From a virus (lineage: Duplodnaviria; Caudoviricetes): DNA of 55,994 nucleotides. Made by a program: the position numbers and the translations under genes. The stretch spans positions 1 through 55,994 of the IMG/VR virus record IMGVR_UViG_3300033155_001375. One strand, 5' to 3'. The notes beneath the pieces are model-generated. The model had not been told where the DNA came from. It ran no database searches and was given only the letters and a program-made list of their open reading frames with translations. Of the stretch, positions 1 through 10,437 are shown one piece after another (position 1 is the stretch's first letter; every line of letters starts with the position of its first letter).

Positions 1-1458
1 GCGGGCTCGACATCCAGTGCTGCCATCGGGACAAATGTGTTCAGTGGTTTCCTGGATGAGATGGCGTTTATGGGTGGTAGTCGCCAGATGGACAGGACCG
101 GGCGTTTGGTGGAGGTCGACAGGTCGGAGGTGCTAACCAAAGCCATCGTCCGACGGATGAAGTCACGCTTCATGCGCGCAGGGAAGCTCCCAGGGCTAAT
201 GTTCCTCGTCAGCTCGAAGGAGAAGCCAGTTGCTTTCATCGAGCAGAAGATCGAAGACGCTAGAGCTGGACAGGCACCAGATGTATTTATGCGAGATTAT
301 TCAACTTGGGACGTGAAACCAAGGGATAATTTCAGCGGCACGACCTTTCAGATTGCTGTTGGTAGCGAGACGGTGCGCTCGAAGATTGATCCGACCAAAG
401 ATGACATCGCTTGGTACGGTGATTCTCAGCTTCGCATTATCGATGTCCCAGAGGAATATAGAGTTGACTTTGAGTCCGACCTAGAAGGTGCGCTCAGGGA
501 CATTGCTGGCATTGCGACCGAAAGCGTCAGTCTTTTTATTCATCGCAGAGAGAAGATTGTCGAGGCCATTGATGAGAATTTGGCCAGCCCCCTCGATGTC
601 GAGGAATGGATGAGCGGAGACCCACTGGAGTTCTGGTGGGAGAGGGTGGCCATTCCATATGAGCGCACCATTCCGGGTGGCTTTAGAGAGAAGGCATGGA
701 GGCCCATCAGGCATCCAGGGGCGGCAAGATACGTCCACATTGACCTCTCGTTGGTTGGTGACTGTGCCGGGATCTGCATCGCCCACACGGCTGGTTTCAC
801 TGAGGTCGTGCGCAGGGACGCTGGCGGCGAGAGCTTCACTGAGGTAGCTCCGGTCATTGAGACGGATCTGATGCTCAGAATCATTCCACCACCTGGAGAT
901 GAGATCTTCCTTGGGGATATTCGGGGAATCGTCTATGAATTTCAGTCTCATGGATTCATCATTGCCTACGCCACGATGGACAGTTACCAGTCAGCAGACA
1001 CTAGGCAGCAATTCAAGCATCGTGGCATTGAGTCTGATGTGCTGTCTTGCGATAAGACCACCTTGCCATACGAGTCCATGAAGGCTGCTCTATACGAGGG
1101 GAGACTGCGCCTTCAGGACAATGTGATAATCCAGAAAGAGCTTCGGGGACTTCAGCGAGTTCAAAAGACCAAGGGCGTCATTCCGAAGTTCATGATCGAC
1201 CATCCGGCCAAAGGCTCGAAGGATGTCGCTGATGGTTTGGCAGGCGTGACACATTCCCTGGTGACTAGGCAGCCTGGAATGCCAATCGCTCCGATGGTTT
1301 CAGAGAGAGATTCGATGGGCGGGGCTCAAGATGACTCCTGGGTGACGGGTGGGAAGGTGATGGTACCACCTTCGGCTGGTCATAAGGGCACCCAACAGGG
1401 TATGGTGGGGCAGAAGGTTTCGGCTAAAAATATGCCGATGCCTTTCACAAGGGGATAA
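1..1458 (+). CDS. terL: Terminase large subunit, 5'-truncated (Walker B plus nuclease domain)
   Basis: Frame open from base 1; Walker B-like FSGFLDE, nuclease motifs YVHIDLS..DCAG, TMDSYQS and DHPAKGSKDVADG; directly upstream of portal. Confidence 0.9.
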   Translation, partial: AGSTSSAAIGTNVFSGFLDEMAFMGGSRQMDRTGRLVEVDRSEVLTKAIVRRMKSRFMRAGKLPGLMFLVSSKEKPVAFIEQKIEDARAGQAPDVFMRDYSTWDVKPRDNFSGTTFQIAVGSETVRSKIDPTKDDIAWYGDSQLRIIDVPEEYRVDFESDLEGALRDIAGIATESVSLFIHRREKIVEAIDENLASPLDVEEWMSGDPLEFWWERVAIPYERTIPGGFREKAWRPIRHPGAARYVHIDLSLVGDCAGICIAHTAGFTEVVRRDAGGESFTEVAPVIETDLMLRIIPPPGDEIFLGDIRGIVYEFQSHGFIIAYATMDSYQSADTRQQFKHRGIESDVLSCDKTTLPYESMKAALYEGRLRLQDNVIIQKELRGLQRVQKTKGVIPKFMIDHPAKGSKDVADGLAGVTHSLVTRQPGMPIAPMVSERDSMGGAQDDSWVTGGKVMVPPSAGHKGTQQGMVGQKVSAKNMPMPFTRG

Positions 1459-3255
1459 ATGATAGCACCTATGCAACCCAGTGGTCTCTGGGAAGGTTTT
1501 ACGACTAACGTGGGAAATGCCCTGCGGTCGTTCTTCGCTCGTACCCCTCAGCGCCAGGCCGCTGAGCTTCAGCGAGGTGGAACGCCGGCGGTTTCAATGG
1601 CCGGGCTCCCATACAACCTCGTCACGCAGTTCGGTTACGACGCCCTGGCTAACTACCTCCGCATCGATCAAGACCTTCAGCAACGCTTTACCGACTACGA
1701 GGAGATGGATGAGTACCCAGAGATTTCTGTGGCGCTCGACATCTACGCAGACGATTCAACCAGTCCAGATTTGGAACGTGAGCAGGCCATTTGGGCAACG
1801 AGTGAGGACCAAAAGATCGCAGACGAGCTGAACCACATGCTCCACAAGCAACTTCTCGTCGAGGAGGACATCTGGGGCGTGGACAGGACCCTATGCAAGT
1901 ACGGCAACGTCTACGGCGAGGCCCTGGTAACCGAAGATGGCCTGGTGGGGATCAACTATCTGCCTCCTCCGACCGTCAGGCGTGTTGAAGGTCCCCGTGG
2001 ACAGCTCATTGGCTTCATCCAGGACATCCGGGGAGAGTTCAATATTTCCCTGGAGGACTTCTACACCCTGGCATCTCAGCAGCAAGCATTCCGCGAGGGC
2101 AAGGCTGGCGGTAATACCCCAGCAGCCATGGGTCGTAAGCCTGGTGAGCTAACGGTCTTTGAGGACTGGGAGATGATTCACTGGAGGCTTCGTGGCAAGC
2201 ATCTGCGCTCTGTCTACGGGCATTCTGTGGTCGATCCTGCAAGGTGGATTTGGAAGCGCTTGTCTCTTCTGGAAGATGCTCTGCTCATTTACAAGCTGGA
2301 GAGGGCACCGGCTCGCTACGCTTTCTATATCGATGTGGGTGAGCTGGATGCCGAGCGCGGCTTGGCGTTCGTCAATAAGGTAAAAAATAGCTTCACCAGA
2401 CAGAAATTCGTCAATCCAAGCACCGGCAAGCTGGACATGAGATTCAATCCTTTAGCAATGGATGAGGATTTTTTCGTGCCTGTGCGTGCTGGCAAGCGGA
2501 CCACAGAGATCGACGTCATTACCGGCCCGGATTACTCCGAGACAGAGACGCTGGAGTATCACAGGGACAAGCTCGTTTCATCCATCAAAATCCCAAAGGT
2601 ATACATGGGATACGGCGGAGAGAGCACTCGTAATGCCCTGTCGAGCGAGGACATCCGGTTTGCCAGGACTGTGATGAGAATCCAGCGGGTCACGCGCAGC
2701 GGATATCGACAGGCATCACGCATCCATCTCATCGCGAAGGGGATAAACACCAAGGCTGACTACGACATCAGAATGAATGTCCCCAGCCAGATTCTCGAGC
2801 TGGCCAGGGTAGAGGTCATGAGCGCCACTGCCGATCTCGCCGCTCGCATGAAGGAGGACGTCGGGACGAAATGGGTCCTGACGCATCTTTACAAATTTTC
2901 TGAGGATGAGGCTGCCTCTGTCATGAAGGAGAAGAGCCAGGAAGACCTGGATAGGGGTGCTCGTGACGCCCAGATTGAAAAAATGAGAATGGAGGGGATG
3001 AGCCCAGAAGATCAGCGTGATGCCATTCTCAAGGGAGACCTGGATGTGCGTCTTTCTCGGCTCATGACGGCTGTCCCTAAGCGTGACTGGCGGAGAGACT
3101 TCGAGCGCCCGCGTGCGGTTGAAAAGAGGGCAGATACTCAGATTGCAAAGGTGCTCAAAGAGAACCGAGATACCAGCCGCCGACTGAAGGAGCTTGGGGG
3201 TCTCATGATGGAGATTCGTGGTGCAATCAGGGCTTCCGCTGCTCCTCCTATGTGA
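1459..3255 (+). CDS. Portal protein, T4 gp20-like
   Basis: Motifs YEEMDEYPEISVALDIYAD, LEDALLIYKLERAPARYAFYIDVG, EDFFVPVR; position after terminase. Confidence 0.93.
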   Translation: MIAPMQPSGLWEGFTTNVGNALRSFFARTPQRQAAELQRGGTPAVSMAGLPYNLVTQFGYDALANYLRIDQDLQQRFTDYEEMDEYPEISVALDIYADDSTSPDLEREQAIWATSEDQKIADELNHMLHKQLLVEEDIWGVDRTLCKYGNVYGEALVTEDGLVGINYLPPPTVRRVEGPRGQLIGFIQDIRGEFNISLEDFYTLASQQQAFREGKAGGNTPAAMGRKPGELTVFEDWEMIHWRLRGKHLRSVYGHSVVDPARWIWKRLSLLEDALLIYKLERAPARYAFYIDVGELDAERGLAFVNKVKNSFTRQKFVNPSTGKLDMRFNPLAMDEDFFVPVRAGKRTTEIDVITGPDYSETETLEYHRDKLVSSIKIPKVYMGYGGESTRNALSSEDIRFARTVMRIQRVTRSGYRQASRIHLIAKGINTKADYDIRMNVPSQILELARVEVMSATADLAARMKEDVGTKWVLTHLYKFSEDEAASVMKEKSQEDLDRGARDAQIEKMRMEGMSPEDQRDAILKGDLDVRLSRLMTAVPKRDWRRDFERPRAVEKRADTQIAKVLKENRDTSRRLKELGGLMMEIRGAIRASAAPPM

Positions 3256-3285
3256 TAGGATGCCATTGGTGATGGGAACAGGAGC

Positions 3286-3315
3286 TTGACATCGGTCCAA
3301 TCATGGCCGTAGGTT
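3286..3315 (+). promoter_or_regulatory. sigma70-like promoter with AATCATG spacer box
   Basis: TTGACA-18 nt-TAGGTT in an intergenic gap; same spacer motif as the promoters at 31126 and 31572. Confidence 0.55.
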
Positions 3316-3348
3316 AGCACCTTAGAACAACCCACACCCACGGGCGAC

Positions 3349-4281
3349 ATGACACGGAAACTTGTTGACGGCGAATTCCTCTCAAAGCTCATCGAAGCCT
3401 CCCATGAAGAGGCCATCAGACGGGCAGATGAGATGGTAGAGCGCAATTCCGAGCTATTTGGAGGCGGTGAAGGGGTTCAGCTCCAGTCATGGACATTCCC
3501 CAGTCACGTCATCGTCGCCAATTCGGAAGGCGAATTTTTCCGCGCTTCCATGGGAGTCTCAGAGGACACCGGGGAGCCCCAATTCGAGCAGGTGGAGACA
3601 ATTGACGTCCCAGTTCGAGAAGCCCGGACCATGGCTCGGGAAGCTCGTGAGACAGCGAACAACGCGGTCACGGCTATCCTGGCAGGTGAGCGAGACAAGG
3701 CCATTGGCGCCGTGTCGGAGCTTCACAATCTGGTCCAGGGAGGAGTTCGGCTCACAGCAGAGTCCGTCGAGAACGACCTTGCGGTGACCGAGATGGCCGA
3801 TCAGGATTGGTTCAAATCAGTCATCACCAATGAGAAGCCAATGCGGACTTTCGTTGGGGCTGAATCCAACAAGCCAACTCAACAGCCTCGATTTGAGAAC
3901 ATCCAAGACCCCACGCCGGACAATGAGTCTCGTTTGCGCAAAATAGTTGCCAGCTCATTGGTGTCTTTGAAAGAGGACTTGGCCGGCATATGCAACAGCC
4001 TGGCTCTCGCTAAGGAGATTACCGAAGCTCATATCCTTCGTGCGGCAGTTGGTGATCCCGCTCTGTCGGCAGTGGATTACGTGGAGTTCGTGGAGGCATT
4101 CGACACCGATCTTTGTCGGGTCAAGGGAGTCGTGGAAGATGCCATGATGGTGTCTGAGGATGGCAACCTCCATAGTCTGGCCCGCATTCATGATGGTGTG
4201 GCGTCCAAGATGTACGAGATGACACTGGCGGCGGCGTTTTGCGAAAAGCTGGCCCGTCGATTCGACGCCCCAGCGGCGTAG
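3349..4281 (+). CDS. Hypothetical head-module protein (possible prohead core)
   Basis: 310 aa acidic helical ORF between portal and protease. Confidence 0.6.
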   Translation: MTRKLVDGEFLSKLIEASHEEAIRRADEMVERNSELFGGGEGVQLQSWTFPSHVIVANSEGEFFRASMGVSEDTGEPQFEQVETIDVPVREARTMAREARETANNAVTAILAGERDKAIGAVSELHNLVQGGVRLTAESVENDLAVTEMADQDWFKSVITNEKPMRTFVGAESNKPTQQPRFENIQDPTPDNESRLRKIVASSLVSLKEDLAGICNSLALAKEITEAHILRAAVGDPALSAVDYVEFVEAFDTDLCRVKGVVEDAMMVSEDGNLHSLARIHDGVASKMYEMTLAAAFCEKLARRFDAPAA

Positions 4282-4290
4282 GAGGTCAGT

Positions 4291-6015
4291 ATGAGCGCCT
4301 TCAGGCATCCACATAACCACACCGTTCGCCCGCTCGAAGAGGAGCTGGCGGAATTGGGGCTCAATCCTGAAAAGGTTCTGAGCGAGATCGAACGCAACAC
4401 GGCGATGCTCGAAGGTGGACCGTCGCCTCTCGACCTTGGTGGGCTCAAAGAGGGTGATGAGACCATTCGCTCCCTGGTTGAGTACGGCGATTCCTTGAAG
4501 GCCGAGGGTCGCAAGAAAGAGAAGAAAGCCAAGACCAAGAAAGACGACGACGCTGACACGGAGGTCGATGGCGGCTCCGACGGCGACGATGGCTATGAGG
4601 GCATGGGGGAATCCACCCTTATCGAAAAAGAGTGGATCAAAGACGCAATCAAGAACCCAGGTCGAGTCCGTGAGTTCTTGGGCGTCAAGGATGGGGAGAA
4701 GATCCCCATGGCCAAGCTCGACAATGCCATCGATAAGCTGAAGGGCGAGGCCAAGACCGACGACCAGAAGAGCTTGCTCTCGGCCTTGGTGTTGGCGAAG
4801 CGCCTGAAGCAGGGCGTCGGCGAAGACCTGGGTGAAGAGACCAGCGACGACATCATCGACGAAGAGGACATTGCGGATCTCCTCTACCTCATCGACGAGG
4901 GATGGGAGCTTCAAGAGGTGTTCGGCGTTATGAAGAAGGCTCGTGGTGCTGAAGCTCGTATTGCCAAGCGAGTTCGTCACCGAGGCTATCTCAAGACCCG
5001 TGGCGCGAAGAAACTGGCTGCGAAGATTTACCGTAAGAAGTTCAAGCGGAAAATCAAGCGAAGCATGGGCAAGAAGTTGCGTCGGTTTGGGCGCAAGGGT
5101 CTCGAAAAGCTCCATAAGATGGGCAAGAGGGTTGTCCAGAAATCCTGGGCCGACCAACTCGCCAACATCCAGGAGGAGCTGGACGCCGATGCCGCAATCG
5201 ATGATATCGACATCATCGAGGAAGAGGTCATCGAGTACGCCCCTGTCGTAGAGGCCATGTACAATGCGGCAGAGACCGCCATGTACCTCGGCGAGATCTT
5301 CGATGCCATGGATGATGAGGCCGGTCAGGTGCTTCTTACCCTTTCGGATAAGGCTGTGGACCTCGGAGAAGAGATCGAGGCCAGTGAGGACGATCTGACC
5401 GAGGAACAGGAAGCCAAGGCCGAGACCGTCCTGAATGCTGTGATCAAAGCTCTCGCAGAGCACGAAGATCGTGGCTCTCCTTCGCTGAGCGAGGCTATCG
5501 GCATCACTATGGTTGCTGAGGGGCTGGGCTCTTGGGATGAGCTGGTCGAGTACATGCCCCCTACTCCGGGTGAGTTGGCCACGAAGGTCAAGACCGGAAG
5601 AGCTTCTCACAAGGGCTATGGTCAGAATATTCCGGCTGGCAAGACTGCCTCGGCAGATCCGTCGGTCTCTGGAAAATATCTCAAGGCTCTGAACATGGCC
5701 ATGCAGAAGCATGATCCTGAGAAGGCCATGAAGGTCGCCATGGCCGTCGTGAAAAAGCACAAGGTCATGGATGCGAAGGGTCTGCCGGTTACGAGCGTGA
5801 GCACCATGACCGATGTCATGCGGGTCATGTTCTATCTCTCGCAGATTACTGGGCTGAAGGCTCCGTCCTGGATGTACACAGGAAAGTCGAAGCCTTGGTT
5901 CGTGACCCCGAAGAGCAAGGAAGATGACGCGCCGAAGGCAGATAAGGGTATGGCAACGGCTCTGAAGGCACTCGGAGCACCTTCTGGCCTACTGAAGGCC
6001 CTGGCGGCTGCGTGA
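4291..6015 (+). CDS. Probable prohead core/internal head protein
   Basis: GGAGG RBS; alternating very acidic and very basic blocks; position matches T4 gp67/gp68. Confidence 0.6.
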   Translation: MSAFRHPHNHTVRPLEEELAELGLNPEKVLSEIERNTAMLEGGPSPLDLGGLKEGDETIRSLVEYGDSLKAEGRKKEKKAKTKKDDDADTEVDGGSDGDDGYEGMGESTLIEKEWIKDAIKNPGRVREFLGVKDGEKIPMAKLDNAIDKLKGEAKTDDQKSLLSALVLAKRLKQGVGEDLGEETSDDIIDEEDIADLLYLIDEGWELQEVFGVMKKARGAEARIAKRVRHRGYLKTRGAKKLAAKIYRKKFKRKIKRSMGKKLRRFGRKGLEKLHKMGKRVVQKSWADQLANIQEELDADAAIDDIDIIEEEVIEYAPVVEAMYNAAETAMYLGEIFDAMDDEAGQVLLTLSDKAVDLGEEIEASEDDLTEEQEAKAETVLNAVIKALAEHEDRGSPSLSEAIGITMVAEGLGSWDELVEYMPPTPGELATKVKTGRASHKGYGQNIPAGKTASADPSVSGKYLKALNMAMQKHDPEKAMKVAMAVVKKHKVMDAKGLPVTSVSTMTDVMRVMFYLSQITGLKAPSWMYTGKSKPWFVTPKSKEDDAPKADKGMATALKALGAPSGLLKALAAA

Positions 6016-6242
6016 GATGGGTGCCCCTCGAATGGCTGTTCGAGGCCCCGCGAAAACGGAGAACAGCCTATCGAAGTGGGCGTAGAGAGCTTCTTGGAGT
6101 GGAGACACGACGAAATATCATTGGATTCGAGAAGCCAGGTGAGCGTAAGATAGCTCCCAAGAGGAAGCGGCCCGAAAAGTTTCAGTCTGTTTTGAACAGA
6201 ACGGCACTGAGGGCCAAGACGACGAAATCGAGGGTTTGGTAA
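6012..6242 (+). CDS. Small basic protein with WVPLEWLFE N-terminus
   Basis: Translationally coupled at both ends (GTGA, TAATG); N-terminus resembles ORF 12448. Confidence 0.6.
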   Translation: MRWVPLEWLFEAPRKRRTAYRSGRRELLGVETRRNIIGFEKPGERKIAPKRKRPEKFQSVLNRTALRAKTTKSRVW

Positions 6243-7900
6243 TGGCCGCAGGAATTCTCATTGACTCGATGCCACTGGAATTCACCCTGGAAGAGTCCAA
6301 GGACAAGCCAGGGAAGTATGTGGCTCGTGGCAGGTACGCTTGCAGCGACAAGCCAACCGAGAATAAGAGGCTCTACGGCCCACATCTTTGGGAGCGAGAG
6401 ATTGGTCGCCTGGCCGAATCGATGAAGGGCCGCATGGTCTTCGGAGAGTTGGACCACCCTGCGGACGGTCGGACGAAGCTCCAGAGGGTTAGCCATATCC
6501 TCACTGGCCTGAAGGCTGAGGGTTCTGAGATTGTCGGTGAGTCCGAGATCCTGGACACCCCTAATGGACGTATTCTGAAGGCCATCCTGGACGCCGGTGG
6601 CAAGGTTGGCGTGTCCAGCCGTGGCTTCGGAACCACAAAGGTCATCGCCAACGGTGTCCACGAGGTGCAGGAGGACTTCAAACTCCACACTTTCGATTTC
6701 GTGGCGGACCCAGCAATGAAGACTGCGTATCCCGACGTGTTTCACGAGGAGACGCAAAAAATACCGGAGGACGGCATGGAATTGACCCTGGAAGACCTCA
6801 AGAGGGACTACCCAGGGCTCGTAGAGGCCCTGTCCGGGGAGGTCAAGCAGGCCGCTCTGACGGAGATCAACGACGCCCATGGTAACTCTCTCACTGAGGC
6901 GGTGAGTGAGGCAGAGGGGCGCACCGAGACGCGGCTGCGAGAGCAGTTCTCCGGTGAGCTTCGACGGGTGGTTGAGACGGTTGAAGAATCGGCTCGTGAA
7001 AAAGCCACATCTGAAGCCCTGTCAGACCCCGAGGTCGCGCAGGCCAAGGTGACCCTGGAGCAGATTGCTCGGATCATCGCTCCCTTCGGTATCCCGATGG
7101 ACACGCAAGTGGTCATGGATGCCAAGGAGGAGGAGATCACGAAGCTCAAGGGAGAGCTGGCCGAGCGCGAGCTTGAGGTCCAGGCAGCTCGCAAGGAGGC
7201 CACCGAGATGAAGGCCGTTGCCACCGAGGCAGCGTACCAGCTTCACCTCGAGCGCCTTGTGGCTGAGGACGATGCACGCGAAACCATCATCACCCTGGTC
7301 GGGGACATCGCGCAGTATGGGTCCACCGACGAGATTGAGGCCAAGGTCGGAGCTGTCAAGGAAGAGCTGACCAAGGCCAAGGTGCAGGAGCAGGAGAAGG
7401 CGGAGGAGAGAGACGCCGAGACCAAGGCCAAGCTCGATGAGCAAGAGGCCCTACTCAAGGCGGCTGAGGAGAAGGCTGAAGAGGCCGAGACCGAGAAGGA
7501 GAAGGCGAACGACCGCACCCGCAAAGCTCTGAAGGTGGCAGAGGAAATGCAGCTTGCTCTTCATGTTGAGCAACGCATCACTGGTCATGACGGGGCTGAC
7601 GATCTGCGCGGGCTCTGCGAGGAAGCCAAGTCCATCGAGGACGTGGACAATATCATCGCAGGGTACGACAAGCGCCACCCCGAGCCCCCTCGTATTGATG
7701 AGGATCAGGCAGCACGGATCAGGAGCCGTGTCAGCTTGGGCAAAGAGCGGGATATGTACGAAGATACCCACGGAAGACCTGAAGATGGTGACGGGAAGGG
7801 AAATGGTATCGATGAGAACGCCAATGACCCGCTCGTAGCGCTTGGGTTGACTGAGGAGCAGTTTGACGAGTTCGCCGGGACGAAGGGTCTCGACAGTTAG
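6242..7900 (+). CDS. Prohead protease (gp21-like) fused to coiled-coil scaffold (gp22-like)
   Basis: NKRLY, FGELDHP, ILDTPNG, GVSSRGFG, FDFVADPA motifs, then E/A/K-rich coiled coil; ATG overlaps upstream TAA. Confidence 0.92.
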   Translation: MAAGILIDSMPLEFTLEESKDKPGKYVARGRYACSDKPTENKRLYGPHLWEREIGRLAESMKGRMVFGELDHPADGRTKLQRVSHILTGLKAEGSEIVGESEILDTPNGRILKAILDAGGKVGVSSRGFGTTKVIANGVHEVQEDFKLHTFDFVADPAMKTAYPDVFHEETQKIPEDGMELTLEDLKRDYPGLVEALSGEVKQAALTEINDAHGNSLTEAVSEAEGRTETRLREQFSGELRRVVETVEESAREKATSEALSDPEVAQAKVTLEQIARIIAPFGIPMDTQVVMDAKEEEITKLKGELAERELEVQAARKEATEMKAVATEAAYQLHLERLVAEDDARETIITLVGDIAQYGSTDEIEAKVGAVKEELTKAKVQEQEKAEERDAETKAKLDEQEALLKAAEEKAEEAETEKEKANDRTRKALKVAEEMQLALHVEQRITGHDGADDLRGLCEEAKSIEDVDNIIAGYDKRHPEPPRIDEDQAARIRSRVSLGKERDMYEDTHGRPEDGDGKGNGIDENANDPLVALGLTEEQFDEFAGTKGLDS

Positions 7901-7930
7901 GGCCTCCTGGGGCCGAATGAGGAGGGAGTA

Positions 7931-9424
7931 ATGGAAGCGCGTAACCAGCTCACCGAGGCCGGTGCCAGGAGCATCAGGGATGAGTCCTACACCGAGCAGC
8001 TCACGTCCAAATGGGGGAAGTACCTCAAGGGCGTGTCAGAGGATCACACGAAGAAGTGCATGGCGATGCTCTTCGAGAACCAGTTCGGCGATATGCGCCG
8101 GCAGCTCTCGGAGGACACGCTCGCGGTCAATGCCGGGGAGTACACCAAGTACATCTTCCCCGTGCTCAGGCGGGTTTTCCCCAACCTGATCGCGAACGAG
8201 ATCGTCTCGATCCAGCCCATGACCGCACCCGTCGGAGCCGTCTTCTACTTCGAGTACAAGCATGGCAAGTCCAAGGGTTCGACGGCGGCTGGCACCAATC
8301 TGCTCCAAAACTTCGATGAGAACTACTCGTCGGAGACGGTGCAGTGGGAGCAATTCGCTGCTGTCGTAGCTGGTGGCGAGTGGTCCGGTGGAACCCCGGG
8401 TTCCGTCATCGCGGCCTACAGCCCGATCCGGCCTCTCGACACTGCCCTCGGCATCCGGTGTGTCGTGCAGGAGTACAATCCCACGACCGACGCCGTTGTC
8501 CAGGAGAAGATCGATGACGGTGCTGGCGCCTTCACGGGTGGTGGTGCTGGCGTCATCAACTACGCGAATGGACAGCTCTCGTCCTTCACGTTCCCCGTGG
8601 CCACCACGGCGGGTAACGTCATTCGGTGTTCGTACCAGTACGACTCCGAAGCGAACCGCCTGGTCCCCGATGTCTTCATCGACATCGAGCTGCAAGAGAT
8701 TCGGGCCACCACCCGGAAGCTCAAGGCTCGTTGGTCGAGCGAGGCCGCCGACGACCTTCGCGCCTTCCATGGCGTGGACGCCGAGACCGAGCTGGTTTCG
8801 GGCATCTCTCAGGAGATCAGCCTGGAGCTGGACCGAGGCATCCTGGAGCAATTGTTCCAGGCGTCGGCTGGCATCACCAGGTCCTTCGACTTCACCGTTC
8901 CGGCGGGGCTGTCGGAGATCGACCACATCCGGTCGGTCATGACTCAGATGTCCAACGTGAGCTTCCAGATCCACAAGGAATCGCGGCGAGCGCCGGCCAA
9001 CTGGGCTGTCACGTCTCCCGAGGTCTCCTCGAAGATCATCCAGCTCCAAACCCACATGGACTACCGGGCGCCCTTCGTGACCGACCCGGCGTCCCCGAGT
9101 GGCCCCTACGACGGCACTGTGGTTCCTCCGAGCTACGGTCCCATCACGAGCCACTTCGGCATCCTCCGCCTCGGCCCCCTGTCGAACAAGTGGATGATGT
9201 ATCAAGATCCCTTCTTCAGGACGAACTACATCCTGATGGGGCTCCGTGGGCAGAGCTACCTGGATGCGGGCTTCGTGTTCGCACCCTACGTCCCGCTCCA
9301 GCTCACCCCGACCTTCCTGGACCCCGAGGACCAGACCTATCGAAAGGGTCTGAGGACTCGGTACGCGACCAAGCTGCTCCGAGATGAGTGGTACGGACGT
9401 GTTCAGATAACAGGTGGACTCTAG
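7931..9424 (+). CDS. Major capsid protein, T4 gp23-like
   Basis: RRVFPNLIANEIVSIQPMTAPVG, TRKLKARWS, FAPYVPL, KGLRTRYA; strong RBS; third codon positions almost all G/C. Confidence 0.96.
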   Translation: MEARNQLTEAGARSIRDESYTEQLTSKWGKYLKGVSEDHTKKCMAMLFENQFGDMRRQLSEDTLAVNAGEYTKYIFPVLRRVFPNLIANEIVSIQPMTAPVGAVFYFEYKHGKSKGSTAAGTNLLQNFDENYSSETVQWEQFAAVVAGGEWSGGTPGSVIAAYSPIRPLDTALGIRCVVQEYNPTTDAVVQEKIDDGAGAFTGGGAGVINYANGQLSSFTFPVATTAGNVIRCSYQYDSEANRLVPDVFIDIELQEIRATTRKLKARWSSEAADDLRAFHGVDAETELVSGISQEISLELDRGILEQLFQASAGITRSFDFTVPAGLSEIDHIRSVMTQMSNVSFQIHKESRRAPANWAVTSPEVSSKIIQLQTHMDYRAPFVTDPASPSGPYDGTVVPPSYGPITSHFGILRLGPLSNKWMMYQDPFFRTNYILMGLRGQSYLDAGFVFAPYVPLQLTPTFLDPEDQTYRKGLRTRYATKLLRDEWYGRVQITGGL

Positions 9425-9475
9425 GTCGTTTTTTCAGATTAGCCTTCCTATTACAGCCGTCTTGATTCATACTTA

Positions 9476-9540
9476 TCTCTAACAGGAAAAGACCCAGCGG
9501 CACTGACATGCCCTGGGTCATGACTCAACCTGTTTGGAGG
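9476..9540 (+). promoter_or_regulatory. Stem-loop able to sequester the HNH RBS
   Basis: Nested pairings TCTCT/GGAGG, AACAGG/CCTGTT, GACCCAG/CTGGGTC, GGCA/TGCC. Confidence 0.55.
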
Positions 9541-9545
9541 TGAGT

Positions 9546-10019
9546 ATGAACAGTGAAGCATTCGCCAGGTTCAGACACAAGTACAGGATTTCAACGAAGC
9601 CTCATCAGCGCCTTGGTACGCCGTGTTGGATATGGACGGCAATGAAGGACAAGGATGGTTATGGTGGGTTTTATGTGCGCCGTGAATCTGATGGCGTATT
9701 CAGACTCAAGCGTGCTCATAAGGTAATGTACGAGCATGTCAATGGCCAGGTGCCAAAGGGGCTAGAGCTTGACCATCTTTGCTGTGTGAGGCATTGCGTC
9801 AACCCAGATCATCTTGAGGCTGTGACACACACAGAGAACGTGCGGCGGGGTGAAGCTGGGCTCCACAATCCAGTCAAGACGCACTGTCCACAGGGGCACG
9901 CCTACACACCAGAGAATACGCTCATCATTAATGATCCACGTGGAGCCCATCGGAGGTGTAAGAGGTGCCACGCCGAATATGAGCGGAAGCGTAGGCGCAG
10001 GCTGAAGAGTCTGGACTGA
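9546..10019 (+). CDS. Free-standing HNH homing endonuclease with C-terminal Zn-binding module
   Basis: CWIWT..GYG..RAHK..DHLCCVRHCVNPDHLE..EN, then KTHCPQGH..RCKRC; ATG 9546 follows GGAGG. Confidence 0.9.
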   Translation: MNSEAFARFRHKYRISTKPHQRLGTPCWIWTAMKDKDGYGGFYVRRESDGVFRLKRAHKVMYEHVNGQVPKGLELDHLCCVRHCVNPDHLEAVTHTENVRRGEAGLHNPVKTHCPQGHAYTPENTLIINDPRGAHRRCKRCHAEYERKRRRRLKSLD

Positions 10020-10053
10020 TTGTGGTAGGATGCCCGTGAGGAGGAAGGGCAAT

Positions 10054-10437
10054 ATGTCGCATCGCTATGTAAAGCACCCGATGTATGTCGGGAAGAGTCT
10101 CACCATCCATCGTGGTCGACGGGACAAGCTCGTCGGAGACCTCGAAGTCCTGGAAGGGCGTGAGTGGGAGAAGTTTGTGGCCTTGGGCCTTTTGGTCCCG
10201 GACCCCAATGACAAGCCAGAGGAGCCCAAGGCAGCTCCCAGGAAGCCAGTTCCCGAGCCCAAGGCTCCGGAGCCGGTGAAAGACCTTGAGCCTATAAAGG
10301 AGCCTGAGAGGGCGCCTGAGCCGCCTCCAGAGCCATCCCCCGAGCCCGCGAAGGATGAGGTCTCTGTGTCGAGGTCGCCGGCCAACAAGGTCAGCTTCCC
10401 AGGCGCGAAAAAGAAGGGCAAAAAAGGGAAGAAATAG
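10054..10437 (+). CDS. Hypothetical protein, Pro/Glu/Lys-rich tail
   Basis: GAGGAGG RBS before ATG 10054. Confidence 0.65.
   Translation: MSHRYVKHPMYVGKSLTIHRGRRDKLVGDLEVLEGREWEKFVALGLLVPDPNDKPEEPKAAPRKPVPEPKAPEPVKDLEPIKEPERAPEPPPEPSPEPAKDEVSVSRSPANKVSFPGAKKKGKKGKK

Noticed and set aside
9425-10030. Group I intron carrying the HNH
   Set aside because: The capsid gene ends with a complete C-terminus, and the flanks are too short for an intron core
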